Part shown: in pieces, positions 1-14,772 of the stretch
Layout: the number at the start of each line of letters is the position of its first letter
How positions within the stretch are numbered: the stretch's first letter is position 1
NCBI GenBank assembly: GCA_951406725.2
Contig: OX597815.1
Coordinates: 66,216,001-66,280,000, forward strand
Source: Octopus vulgaris
Lineage: Eukaryota
Reading direction: 5' to 3'
Length of the DNA: 64,000 bases
Program-made: the position numbers and the translations under genes
The notes under the pieces: model-generated
The model's input: only the letters and a program-made list of their open reading frames with translations
The model's database searches: none
Told to the model about the DNA's origin: nothing

Positions 1-514
1 TTTATTATTATTATTACTAGTATTGTTGTTATACATACATACATACATACATACATACAAGCATATATAATGATAATAATGGGTGGATGTAAACACATGA
101 ACAAAATAAGAATAAACAAAAACAACAAAAACAATAAACAAAATACAAATTACATGAACATATAAAATTACAAATTACATGAACATATATAAACAGAAGA
201 TACAAATATTACAGGCATCCCCCACATACACACACTAAATAAACATAAACGCACATAGAGATATAAGCATGCGCAAATGAAGACATACAATAGAAATACA
301 AAATGGCTGACGGTTAGTAAGGAGAGACACAAATAAGTAAGAAGAAAACAAAGGACCACTGATGCGGTCACAGGAGTGTGACGAAAGAACTCTGGCCGAA
401 ATAAGATTAAGATTAATGTAAAAGATAAATAACACTGAAGCAAAGTAACACCAAATATATAGTGCGTGTGTTTTTATTGGCTAAACTGGCAAAATGACCA
501 TTCCTAAATACAAC

Positions 515-659
515 AATATATATATATACATATACATATGTATACGTATATATATATATATATAAATATATATATATACATATGTATACGTATATAAATA
601 TATATATATATATATATACATATGTATATGTATATATATATATATATATATACATATGT

Positions 660-745
<86 letters not shown>

Positions 746-1078
746 CAAATTAATAAATAAAACATGTGCATATATACATACATATATGTACGTACCTACA
801 TCTATATGTATATATACATGCATATATGGGTACAGGACACCAAAAAAAACGTCGAACACAATGAGAAATGAAAACATAAATACAAAACCAAGGAAATGGA
901 CATTTTTCTTAAACAATGAAAAAATAGAGTACAAGACATACAACACAAGGAACATTCCCCTTCTTCAGCCGCCTCTGTTTCATCTATTCCGCGTTATATA
1001 TACATACACATATATATATATATATATACGTATACATATGTGTATATATATATATATATATACACACACACATATACG

Positions 1079-1125
<47 letters not shown>

Positions 1126-1128
1126 CAC

Positions 1129-1211
<83 letters not shown>

Positions 1212-1268
1212 CATATACATATATATATACATATATATATATACATATGTATGTATATATATATTATG

Positions 1269-1309
<41 letters not shown>

Positions 1310-1435
1310 ATATACATATGTATATATATATATATACATATGTATATATATATACATATGTATATATATATATATACATATGTATATATATATACATATG
1401 TATATATATATATATACATATATATATACATATAC

Positions 1436-1467
<32 letters not shown>

Positions 1468-1493
1468 ATATACATATGTATATATATATATAC

Positions 1494-1543
<50 letters not shown>

Positions 1544-1601
1544 ATATACATATATATATACATATATATATACATATACATATATATATATATATATATA
1601 C

Positions 1602-1675
<74 letters not shown>

Positions 1676-1824
1676 ATATATACATATACATATACATATA
1701 TATATATACATATACATATACATATATATATATACATATACATATGTATATATATATATACATATACATATGTATATATATATATACATATACATATGTA
1801 TATATATATATACATATACATATA

Positions 1825-1874
<50 letters not shown>

Positions 1875-1977
1875 CATATCATCATCATCATCGTTTAACG
1901 TCCGTTCTCCATGCTAGCATATATGTATATATATATACATATACATATGTATATATATATATACATATGTATACATA

Positions 1978-2011
<34 letters not shown>

Positions 2012-2298
2012 CATATGTATACATATATATATACATATATATATATATACATATGTATACATATATATATATATGTATATATATATGTATATATATATAT
2101 ACATATGTATACATATGTATACGTATATATATACATATGTATACATATATATATATACATATGTATATATATATGTATATATATATATACACATGTATAC
2201 GTATATATATATACATGTGTACGTATATATATATATATATATATATATACATGTGTACATATATATATATATATTTATATACATGTGTACGTATATAT
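515..2298. repeat. Compound (TA)n/(TACA)n microsatellite field with short inserted repeat fragments
   Basis: Directly visible; source of the YIYI ORFs. Interrupted at ~818-995 (dispersed repeat fragment also seen at 23499-23655 and 23899-24020) and 1879-1920 (RTE 3' tail). Confidence 0.97.
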
Positions 2299-2299
2299 A

Positions 2300-2870
2300 A
2301 ACACCCCGAGCTCTCCATCCCCTATTCCCAATTCCACTGACTATGCTGGCTCTGCAGTGACAACCTTGACTTTGAGACTCAGTCTCAACTCATGGCTTGC
2401 CACTTCATCCTATGTGGATATCCCCTCACCACTATCCACAGCACCAATGCCAGAGCACGGTCTGTGGACCATGCATCTGCTCTCTCCCTGCACCTACACT
2501 GCCATCACCCATCTCCCGTTTCCCCTCACCTTCCACCCCACCATCCTACCTCTCCAGCACACCATTTTCCAAGCCTTCTGGCCGCTCCAGTCTGACCCCT
2601 CCACTTCACACATCTTTCCTAACTCACCCATCCCCTCTGTCAAATGAGCCCACAACCAATGAGACCTCTTGGTCCACAGCTTCTTCCCTAATACAACCTT
2701 CTAACCCGGCTCGTTTCCCTGCTCCCGTCCACACTGCCGCACTTGCCCTTACCTCTTCAACACCACCCTCCTCCCAGTCACCCATCACTGACACTATCGT
2801 ATCACTCACTCCTTCACCTGCACTTCTCGCAACATCCCGCTCTCTCTGTCCTTTTATAGTCATCGGTCAA
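2300..2870 (+). mobile_element. Penelope-like element (Neptune-like) fragment, RT thumb/linker to start of GIY-YIG, degenerate
   Basis: Closely similar to 58465-59040 (shared gactttgagactcagtctcaactcatggct); ends in ...CPFIVIGQ, matching the CxxC..YIGQT start of the GIY-YIG domain. Confidence 0.8.
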
Positions 2871-4368
2871 AATAATGCTACTTCTTTAGTACAAGCACAC
2901 AAATACAGAACTGTACTCACCCAGAGTTGAATGTTTACCTCCCACTCCTATTCTACACACACATACAAACATTCACATACCTCCCTTTTACATACACACA
3001 CATATACTCACACAGTGTTGAAACGCTCCCACTACCAATTTGCCATTACCCCTTCATTCTTTATTCATCTGTCACTCCTTCATTTCTCATTCATCTATCA
3101 CCCCTTCCTTTCTCATTCATATGTTGTGACAGAGAAAAACACGAATATCTCCTTCTCCTCCTTGTGTGCATGTGCAGCATCTTTGGTTACTATGGAAACA
3201 GAGGTTTTTGTCACAGTGTTGTGTAAAATACTTGCTTCTGATTGGCTAAAATACCAAAATTTTGCAAATTTTAAAGGCTAACAACTTTTCAATCATGGAT
3301 TTATAGGTAAAATGAATTTCATTTTCATAATTAGTATACAAAACTTAATCCATATACCAAATTTGAAAACAATTGAAACAAAACTGTAAACAGTGATGAA
3401 AACCAGAAAGATCCTTATAAACTTTTGGTGTTTGAATGTGCGTATGTAAATAACTAATATTTATGTAAGCATGTTTACAAGTATGCATAAATTTGATATA
3501 TATACTTACACACACATAGGTGGACACTGTTAATCAAAAAGTTAACTTCATTAATCATTAATCCATTGACCAAAAAGTTAACTTTGTTAATCGTTAATCT
3601 GTTAATTCTTTGAAAATGTATTGGAAGTTCACGTTAATCCTTTAACTTCTTTTGAAAAACAGCATAACTACACTGACTTTGTTGCCTTATAACTTCCAGA
3701 AAAATGGATACTTTTTAACGAAACTTTCACCAAACTATTACTAATTTGTAGGCAAAATCTTTGGAAGCCCAACATTTTTCACCAAAGTATTCAGAATAAT
3801 AGAAGACATCTTTTCACAAAAAAATAAAAGACTTTGAAAATTTATTTTTTCAAGTCCCGCCTCCCCCAGTCCAAAACAATTTTGGCCATTTTTTTTTTTT
3901 TGTCACTACACACTTAAACCTGTGAGAGAAACATTTTCGATTTTAAAAAAATTGTTGATAATTTCACAGGAAAATGTGTGATTTAAAGGAGATCTGGCAG
4001 TTGCTTCTAGCACATCCCAAAACCTGCCACCTCATTTCTTTCTCACTCCACACATATATTGATATTCGTAAAGGTTATTTATGTGAGGTAATGGGTGCAA
4101 TAATAATTTTAATTTTAGTTGTAATGGTTATAGTCATTATTATTAATAGTAGTGTAGTTAAGTAAAAGTTTGGGAGGAAGGGAATTTTATTAGTGGAGTT
4201 AAAAACTTAAAGGGATTATACAAATTTTTCAGTGAGAGGTATTTAAAAAAAAACAAAAATTCAAACAGTTATTAATGTTATGTATTATATTTTTTTATAT
4301 TTTTGTTGTGTTATACTATGTAGCATAGTTATATTATTTGATAGTTTAATCATAAATTAATTAGTTAA

Positions 4369-6560
4369 TTATTTAAATTTAGAGAATACATATTTTCCCA
4401 CGTGAATACAAGAAATATTTTTCTCATTCCATAAGTTAAGTAGGGCATTCCTAGAAGTAAGAATATGCAAAGCTTCCATGATGCATAGATTGCATTTCTT
4501 GTTATTGATTGTATAAGCTATTGCAGAAGCAATGATATCCCATTTAATTTCATAATCAATGTTATTATCTTTCAATTCCCATATAAATTTGCTTAATCTG
4601 GTGGAGTTGATTTTCTATTTATTTTTAAAAGATTGGAGATGGTTGGCCATGCGAATCTTAACTTTATTTTCTGTAGAGCCTATATAAAAATGCTTTTTTA
4701 CCCTGAGCTATAACTATGCAATAATAGACTACATTTCTTCTCTTACATGAATTCTGAAATTTACAATTAGTTTTAACTTTACAGTCACATTATTCATAAA
4801 TGTTATTATGTTTGTATTTATTAGAAAAATTGATATTAATGGAGTTAATATGGGTTATTATGGTTCTGTTATTGGTAATTATGTGACCGTTATCATTAGA
4901 GTTGGTGAAGTTTGGGAGATATAGCTTAAGTTTAGGAGAATTAGTAGAATTATTGTCATGAGTATTTCTATTGGTATAGAATTTATTTAATTTTCGGTTG
5001 TTAATTGATTGTATAAATGTAAATAAGTTAGGAGTTAGGCTAAAACCAATCCTCACAGTTTTGTGGTTTATGATTTCATTATATCTATTATCAATGTTAA
5101 AATATTTATGAATGGCCTTAAATATAGATTTAACAATGTTATTTTTAATTTGTATTGCATATGGAATAATTAGCCAAATTTTATTAGATTTTTCAGGTTC
5201 ATCGTTATTTATAGGTATTTTGAAATCTCTTTTATAGTAAATGAAATGAGATGTAGTTTAATATTATTATTCAGAGCATCGTAAGGATTAGCAGTGGTGC
5301 TGGTATTAGAGGTAATAATTTGTTTATTCATATCATTATGCTTATTAATTATGCTTTTATCATTTGTGGGGATAATTATAATTAATTGTTCTTTATTAAT
5401 CTTGGGTTTATAAGATAATTTAATATTGGTTTTACTTATATTATGTTTGCTACTGAGAGGTTGATTTGAAATAAATTTGGGTTTGTTATCATTATCAATT
5501 GCTCATTTATAAATAGATGGATTACTAGTTCATTACTAGTTTATATGTTTATTTTTACTTATATTTCTAGTTATGGTAAGATTATAAAATTTTTCAGCTT
5601 TATTTTTTTTTGCTTGTAATTAGTTTTGTTATATTTATTAATGTTGTTTGGTCAATGGTATTTTATTTTATCTCTATATCCAGCATTTGCTAGAGCTGTG
5701 TTATAGTAATCCACATGTCTATTAAATATTTCTTCAATTGAAGATAAATAGGTTAGTCTCTTACCAACGTTGGAGGCTAATTCATTTTTAATTAATCTTG
5801 GATGATTATTTTGGAAGTTAATGTAGCTTAAATTAGAGTTTAATTTGTGAAAAGGTTCATGCAATCTGGTTGTTAGATTGAAGTTAATTGAATTATTATC
5901 CTCCTCAATAGAGATAGAAGGTTCATGCCTTTTGAAAAATTTGTAAAACCTTTTGGTAAGTAATTCTAATTTTCTATTAGATGCGTTTTTTATGATGAAA
6001 AGTGCATCATCCTTATATAATCCACCCCTAATTTCTGGAAATTCATCATGCAGATCGTACAGAAGATAGATTTCAACAAGATCTGTCACTTGGGCAGTGT
6101 CCACAGCACCCATTGTGATATCAAAACAATTAGGAGTGTCCTTTCTAGTCCAAAATTTATTGTCAAAATTGATTATAGATTTATGGGCCACTACACTATC
6201 ATTAATTTCATTCATGCTAAGGTTAGTATATTTTGTTGCAAAAAGAAGGGCACTATTTAGTACGATAGGGCTGATAGAGGAATAATAATTATCAATGTCT
6301 ATTTGTAAGAATTTATGTTTATCCTTGTTTAGAATTTTAATGAACCAGCTAATCACTTCTTGAGTATTAGACCATAGTTCAAGTGATATTTTCCTTCTAA
6401 GTATGGGTATATATTTATCTAAAATTATTTTCCCTAATCTACTTAGGTCTGACTTACCATGGCATATTAATTTAACTTTAGGATTGGTTTGGAAGTTATC
6501 TTTATGGTCTTTTAGTGTTGTTCAAGGTCTGATAGGTAGGAATGGTTCAGTTTTATCATC
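4369..6560 (-). mobile_element. Penelope-like retroelement (Naiad-like), RT plus C-terminal GIY-YIG endonuclease, disrupted
   Basis: ORF 5652-6356 has PLE RT motifs (FLQIDIDNYYSSI, DITMGA, GGLYKDDAL, YINFQNNHP). Linker KIWLIIPY..KTVRIGFS. Endonuclease VVYYC..FYIGST..RMANH..STRLSKFIWELK..IKWDII..CNLCIMEALHIL..LLN (4369-4735). Stops and frameshifts present. Confidence 0.88.
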
Positions 6561-6741
6561 AGTGTGATATTGAAGATATTATGCTCAGGCCATATAAATT
6601 TAATATTTACTTAATAGTTACTGAGTATTAATTGAAACAGCTGTAAGGAATGATGATTAATTTATTGTTAATAATAAGCAATGATTAACTTCCCAATCTT
6701 TTCTTTTTCTTCTTTTATATAAATATAGATTAATATGTTCA

Positions 6742-7282
<541 letters not shown>

Positions 7283-7283
<1 letters not shown>

Positions 7284-7490
7284 TCTTTACTCTTTTACTT
7301 GTTTCAGTCATTTGACTGCGGGCATACTGTAGCACCACCTTTAGTCAAGCAAATCGACCCCGGGACTTGTTCTTTGTAAGCCCAGTACTTATTCTATTGG
7401 TCTCTTTTACCGAACCGCTAAGTGACGGGGACGTAAACACACCAGCATCGGTTGTCAAGCAATGCTAGGGGGACAGACACACAAACACAT

Positions 7491-7529
<39 letters not shown>

Positions 7530-7692
7530 CATATATACGACAGGCTTCTTTCAGTTTCCGTCCACCAAATCCACTCACAAGGCATTGGTCAGCCCGGGGT
7601 TATAGCAGAAGACATTTGCCCAAGATGCGATGCAGTGGGACTGAACCCAGAACCATGTGGTTGGTTAGCAAGCTACTTACCACACAGCCACG
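7283..7692 (-). mobile_element. tRNA-derived SINE (same family as 62455-62823)
   Basis: Reverse complement matches the 62455-62823 copy over head, central microsatellite and tail. Confidence 0.85.
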
Positions 7693-7841
7693 GGACAAGA
7701 ATCCAAACATCCGGACAGCTAGGTGATACAAAAAGGGACAACAAAACATCCAGATAGACGATACAAAGAAAACAAGGACGGGTCATTCGAAGTTCCTTTT
7801 CCTCAGTCAAGCACCAGATTATCCTCGCAATTTAGGCTGAT

Positions 7842-7903
<62 letters not shown>

Positions 7904-9209
7904 TAGAGAGATAGATATAGACCTATTATTTGAAGGAAATTAATTCCCTAAAAATACTAGGTACTGAACCAGTATTTCCTTGGATGAAACCATCCCTTCA
8001 TTAGGTTAACACAACGTCTAATCAAATATATATATGTGTATGTATATATATATATATATATATATTAAGGTATGTAGAAAAATACAACATGGACAAGAAC
8101 GTATAACTCTTAGAAGACGATACAATAAACACGGACAGGACATTCGAAACCCTCAGTCTTCAGTCAAGAACCGGATCATCGTAGTAATTTCGGCTGATTA
8201 ATCTTGACATATACAATATATATATATTTGACTCTAGTTTATATGAGTATCTGTTGTGTGTTTCTTAAATGGCTTACAAACACCTTCCACACTGCAATTG
8301 TAATCAAGACTTTTATGGAAATTTAGTTTTTTCAATAGATAGATTGTCAACACACCAATTCACACACACAAACAAAATTTCATTTAGAGAATGTCTGAAG
8401 TCTCATCCAATTATGGCGTTTTTTAAAATGTTAATAAAATTATATTGCATATTCTCCATACATTTGGAGACACTCATGCAATCAAACTATTTTCTTAATA
8501 TATATGTACATTTATGTTTATAAATATATGCATGTGTATATGCACATGTAAGTACATATGTATGTATGTGCACATATATGTGTGTATGTTATCTAAGTAC
8601 ATACTGCGTATGTATGTATATGTTGCTATGTCTAAATGTCCCATCTGCTGGAGATAAGGTTGGGACAACTGCTGTGCCGATGACGATTATTAAGGCAGAA
8701 ACACACATTTACAACTGCCCTCTTGTCTCCTGACAATCAGACTGTCTTTTTGTTAATGGTATGTCTGTTTTGGAGCAATCTTAATTCTTGAGATTTTTTC
8801 TCCTTTTCATTTTAGAATTGGTCCCAATTACTATCAAGCAATTGTTATACTTCTGCTATAAGTGGGAATATTGTTAATAAATGAAGAATTTATCTTGTAC
8901 TGTATTTAATATACCCTTATTTATCTTTGTTGCTCAAATATATGCCACTGGTCACATTAAGTTATTTCTAATAGCTCATTTGCATTTCATGTGCATATGT
9001 GTTTATGTATACATACACATATATTATTAAACTTATATATCAGATATTGTATGACAGTAAGCACAGTTTTATCTGCATGTAGTGTTATCTCAGTCCCTTC
9101 TGTTTATTATATTCCCGTAAACCATAACACAGGAATTCAAATCATCTTTCCATGGGTTTTTCTGTATACTGATGGTCCAGTTGTTATTGCTGAATCTGTA
9201 GTAATTTTG

Positions 9210-9960
9210 GGAAGAAACTGCAGGTATGGAAGAATAACTTAAAAGTGAGAGGCATTAAAGTAAACTTAACAAGGACTAAAGTTTTAGTAAGCAAAATGAT
9301 AAGCTTCAGCTCTTGTCAAGAAAAAAAAGTAATGTATAACATGCAGAAAAAAAGTTGGTAGAAATTCCATATATTTTCCTCAGTATAAAGTATGGACACA
9401 CAAAAGATGTGAGATCCCATGAAGGCTAAGAGAGAAAGTACTGTATTTTAACGTGTATAAGGAACCTTATTTTATCAAAAATTAGGTTAAAAAAATATGG
9501 GAATTTCTTATACATAGATAGTATTATAATCCCTTCCAAAATCTTTTTTTCCAAATTTTCCAAAGGATTTCAGAGTGAATGCTAGATTGTAGGATGCTTG
9601 TGGCCAAAGTGTAATGCTGCATAGTGGTGAGATGCAAGCTTTGAAATAAAAAGCTCTGTATTACCAGGGAAAAAATGGAACAAACATGCTCTGCTGAATG
9701 TGTAATGTTACTGCGCATGAATGATGGAGTGCAAATGAGCTGAGAGTAAACTGGATATAAGTGAGATCAGATAAAGTATGCAAGAGAAAACCATACATTA
9801 ACTACAGGGGTGTGGTACTGCAGATAGAGGATGACAACCATGTAATGAACAGCCAAATGTTTAAAATAGATAGAACTTGTGAAAGAAGACTTAGAAAGAT
9901 AAGGGACAAAATGAAAACTGACATCAACAAGTTGAACCTCTTGAAGGAGAAGAACAAAGG
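9210..9960 (+). mobile_element. Old RTE-clade LINE remnant (RT C-terminal part)
   Basis: Degenerate match to the 31490-32400 protein: QVWKNN..GIKVNLTRTKVLVSK and RL.DAC....MLHS.E. Confidence 0.7.
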
Positions 9961-12589
9961 ACTGTGACAATTGACAATATGTGATACTGAAGAAAACCTA
10001 CACACCTATGCCAGCATGATGAAACAAATGCTGGTAGTAATGGAGGTGAGATGCTTGTCTACGTTTTGGTTCTCACCCATTACATTCTTGTTAAGTTTCT
10101 ATCTACTGCTTATTTTTTTTTCAATACCTTCTCATCTAGAACCCAATCCCTTCCCTAACAAGGGACTGCATGAGATCTGGCTCTCCTCATTTCCATTACC
10201 AAGCCTGTGTAATGATGGACTGCATTAGGTATGATATACCCTACCAACAACCTTGTGTACAGCTAGTCATCATTCCCTTTCCTCCGGATCACTCCTTATC
10301 AACATTTCATTTTTTACTCTTACAATCTCCCAGCTTTATTACTATTCAATACTCACTCTTCCTCTCTCTTACCAGTAAACATGAAACTGCCATCACTGTC
10401 TCTCTTCTATTGCTCTCCCCTTTATCACCTTCTCATTTCACTCTTTTTCTCTCTTCCTTTACCCTCTTACTCTGGTTCTTCTTTTGTCATCACTCTCTCT
10501 CCCCTGTTCTCTGTTTTGGTTATGTTGTCTTCAACAGCAACCCCATAGAGTAGTGAGTATGCTTTAGTCTTATAAGTTTGGATGCAATATAGAGTCCAGA
10601 GGTTTCTTTATTTTGCAAAGTGCATAACCTCCTTTGTGCTAATGTCATATAAAATGTACCCACTACACTCTTAAAGTGATTGATGTTAGAAAGGCTATCC
10701 AGTTGTAGAAACCTTGAAACATACAAGTGAAACCTTGTTCTCAAACTCACTAGCAACCTCAAAAAAAAAAGTGACTCAAACTGTGACAACACATCTACAT
10801 TACTTCAGTTCAGAAGGCAAAATGCAAAATGATGAAAATAACATCTTTTCTCTTTCAACAAGAAAACACAAACATTGTTCATATCAAGAAAACATTATTG
10901 CATCACATTTCCTTTAATCACAAGCAACCCTCAGCTGCAGCACTCAAAATTGCTCCAATTCTTGGGTGTTACCTTTGTTAAAGATCTCTCCAGACAAAGG
11001 CACATCCTTATCATAACTAGAACCACAACTCAGCAACTGACCCTTCTCTTCTGAACCAGAAGCTTCTTCAGTTACAAACAATTTCAATACTTTACAAAGC
11101 TTACATGAGACACACAGTGGAGTATTTCTCTCTCATCTGAGGTAGTGCTGCTGTTGCACACACAGACATCCTAGACCACATCCAGAAAAAGACCATTCAG
11201 CATAAGGTCACTCTCAGACATACTCCAGTCTCTGGCCCACAGACTTTCTGTCTCCTCTCTTTGTCTTTTCTACTGCTATTGTAATGACCTCTGCTCCTAG
11301 AAGTTGGCCAGGTTCATACCAGCTACATTTAAACATTCTTATCCCACTCATCTCTTCTCATCGCTATTTTTCGTCCAATTTCACCAAGTCCCACACAAAT
11401 CCCTACACCCAGTCTTTCTTTCTGGAATTCCCATACCTAACTCATACCTTTTCCATAGGTATTGACTTCCAAAAATTCAAATGGAACCTTAATGGTATTA
11501 ATCTCACCAAATCTTTTTCTCCATACCCTAACAGTATAATATACATATACATATTTATCATATTTACTCATGTATAAGTCACACTATTCTATATTTGATT
11601 TTAAATGAAAACTGGAGTCTTATACATGGGTAAAACTAAAACTATGAAGAGGAAAAATTTTGTACCAAGATTTAACACTAAACTATGGTTAGGTTTAGGG
11701 TTATAACCCAAGTAAACATGGTATATGTTATATTACATGTTTGTACAGTGAATGTTAAGGTGCAATTCATATAACCAGTATTGAGAAGTTCGTGTGTTTC
11801 TTTATACAGTGAAAGAGAAAGTTGTACAAGAGTTTGTGTAATATAATCAAACTTTTCTTCTATAGGTTTCCATCATTATAGAGATCACAAAGTATGCATA
11901 TAAAAGCAACACAAATGGCCAGTTAGTTCTGAAATTAAGTAAATAGTTACAGAAGCAACCCTCCAGTTTTGTTGATGTGTGTGTGTGAGAGAGAGAGAGA
12001 GTGTGTGTGTGTATTAACAATGGGTGATAAAGTGCTGATTTAAGTATGGTATAGATAGGCATCAAGTAATGCTCAGAAAGATTAGAATCTTAAACTCCAA
12101 TTTCTGGGTGGGGTAGTCAAAACGTTGAAAAGTTGGTGAGAAGAACAGTAAAAATCAAGCAAGTATGGAAGTAAAAAGACAGGTAAATGTTAACAAACAT
12201 AAGGAATTATTTACATGAAAAGTTGAGACACAATTTTTATACACACACATTGCATGTGGTGTCCAAAATTTATTATTGGAGAAGTCATAAAAAGTGGGTC
12301 AATGAAAGAACGGTACAAGGATGAGGAGGCAGGTGAGAGGATAGATAGTATACAATATAAACATCTAAGCCACCTTCAATATGTTCTCTTTGCTATGCTT
12401 GTACAGAAAGTTTTTTTTTTTTTGTATTTGCTGAGTTTACTTTGAAATGACATTATTTTAAATTTGGTTTCCAGACATTTTAAATTTTGCTTCCAGGTAT
12501 GGAAGCAAAATGTCTTCATTTTAAATTTTGCTTCCATGCCTGGAATTTCTTCTCTAAACATTTTACAGACTCAGCTATGTAGTAGCTAG

Positions 12590-12930
12590 TCTTAAACTCT
12601 TCTGTCATTGTCTGGAAGACTATAATGAACAGAGTTATATTAGAGACTGAACCATGATGAACCCAGCTTGAAATTCGTTGCTTAATTCATTGATAACTCT
12701 CAAGTTGTTGACCACCTCTGCACATGGTTTGTACAGCTCTCAAAAGTCATCCTTTACCCTTACCTTCCTTAGCACCCACCAGACCATTGAGTGTGAAACC
12801 TGATCAAAGGCCTTCTTCTACAAATGCCAGGTACAGAGGCTTACTGTTGACTAAGTACTTCTGCAGGTGTCACACAAGGAAGATGACAGGTGGAGTAATT
12901 CGTCTTCAAACAAAACATCAAGCATCTAAC
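12590..12930 (-). mobile_element. Old RTE LINE RT remnant
   Basis: tcaaaggccttcttc..ccaggtacagaggcttactgttgactaagtacttctgcagg resembles 30480-30555 of the younger RTE. Confidence 0.55.
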
Positions 12931-13243
12931 ACAAAGATCATTCTCTTTGTAATCAATTCATCTCTCTCACACAAACACGCACACACACACATGCACACAC
13001 ACACACACATACACACTCAAAGGAGTTATAATTTTTTAGCTAGTGACTTTATCTGAGACTGTGTTGAAAGTGAAGCAATTACTTCATAGAGATCCATCTA
13101 ATAAGGTACAAAGCTGTTCAATTCATTTTAACTTTATTTCCTGAGAAGTCAGACATTTTCAATCACATTTCAGCTGCGATGGGATCATTCACACACTTTC
13201 ACTGTAATGTCATTGAATAGCATGAATGAGTCTTCCATGATAT

Positions 13244-13274
<31 letters not shown>

Positions 13275-13283
13275 CATATATAC

Positions 13284-13972
13284 CATCATCATCATCATCA
13301 TCATGCTGGCATAGATTGGACAGTTTGACTGGGCTGGCACACTAGAAGGCTGCACCAGAGTCCAGTCTGATTTGGTATGGTTTTCTATGGCTGGATGCTC
13401 TTCCTAACACCAACCACTCTGAGAGTGTAATGGGTGCTTTTGCATGCCACCGACACAAGTACTATTTGCATGACACTGAGGTGCATTTACGTGCCAATTT
13501 GTGTGACACTGGTATCTATCACAACTGTGATTTTGCTTGGCTTGGTGGGGTCTTCTTCTCAAGCACAGCATAATGCCAAAGGGAAACCATGTGCTTCGCT
13601 TGTCGGCTTGATGGGTCTTCTTCTCAAGTACAACATAATGCCAAAGGTCTTGGTCATTGCCTCCATGAAGCCCAGCACTTGAAAGGAACGCAGCCACTTT
13701 GCTTCCATGAGGCCCAACGCTCAAAAGGAAATCAGCCACTTTGCCTCCATGAGGCCCAACGTTCGAAAGATGTTCTTTTCATGCCACCAGCATGGGTGCA
13801 CTTGGCTTGATGTGTTCTCTGAAGCACAGCACATCACCAAAGGTCTAGGTTACCAGTCATTGCCTCTGTGAGGATCAAAGTTTGAAGATCACTACCTCAT
13901 CCCATGTCTTCCTAGGTCTACCTTTACAACAGGTTCCCTCCACAGTTAGAGACCAGCACTTCTTTACACATT
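13284..13972 (-). mobile_element. RTE LINE 3' end (3' UTR and ORF end)
   Basis: (CAT)n tail followed by ggctggatgc.cttcctaacaccaaccactc motif shared with 28825-29460; short internal tandem duplications. Confidence 0.8.
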
Positions 13973-14346
13973 CATTGTAGGATTCATTTTAATCAAGGTA
14001 TTTTAGCATTTAGGACACCAGGAAAGAATCAAGTTCAGCATGTAAGTGTAAATACCACATTCAAATACATCCATTCATACATGTGCATAGATGAACATAT
14101 CCATACATTTACATGTATATGTACATGCACACATATATACATACATGCATATAAATATACATGTGCATACAAATACATACCCATGCACGCACACAAGGTT
14201 CCAGGTATAGTATATACATAAAATAAGAACAAATATGGGTTAGTTAAATATTTACCACAGCCATTTCAGAACAATTTTTTTATTGATGAATAGTTTGACT
14301 ACGTCATAAAAAAACTGTTTTCTTCTGATGATTAAAAATATGGTTC

Positions 14347-14467
14347 AGAGAGAAAATACCACAAGATGTGGATTGATCCTCACAGTTAGGCATCATTGAG
14401 GAGAGTCAATCTCTTCTATGATGCCTAACTGTGAGGATTAATCCACATTTTGTGATATTTTCTCTCT
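14347..14467. repeat. Foldback hairpin, ~58 bp arms, 5 nt loop
   Basis: agagagaaaataccacaagatgtggattgatcctcacagttaggcatca... pairs with ...tgatgcctaactgtgaggattaatccacattttgtgatattttctctct. Confidence 0.9.
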
Positions 14468-14732
14468 AAAACAAATTTTTAATCATTGGAAGAAAACTGT
14501 TTTTTTCATAATGCTTATACATATGTGTGTGTGTGTGTGCATATATATATATATATATACTCTCTCTCTCTCTCTCACACACACACACGCACACATATAT
14601 ATTATAGATAGCTCTATATTTAAATTTCCCTCTGTTTACAATAGTTTGTATATTCACAATCATAAATGCATACACCTCATACACTTGTACCATCTGAACC
14701 TTTACATAGAACTATATTTGTTATATTACACA

Positions 14733-14772
<40 letters not shown>

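Noticed and set aside
413-2647. Long ORFs up to 535 aa
   Set aside because: Translations of (TA)n/(TACA)n microsatellite (YIYI...), open only because the repeats lack stops in those frames
3520-3650. Short gttaatc/aagttaactt tandem motifs
   Set aside because: Probably subterminal repeats of a decayed DNA transposon; too little evidence to classify
11686-11712. Telomere-like ggttaggtttaggg
   Set aside because: Only about two imperfect units; chance or MITE sequence
12536-12590. ATG CCT GGA ATT (MPGI), like the DAGLA start
   Set aside because: Continues SSLNILQTQLCSS then stop; no RRWSVGSDD; it is part of a hairpin arm
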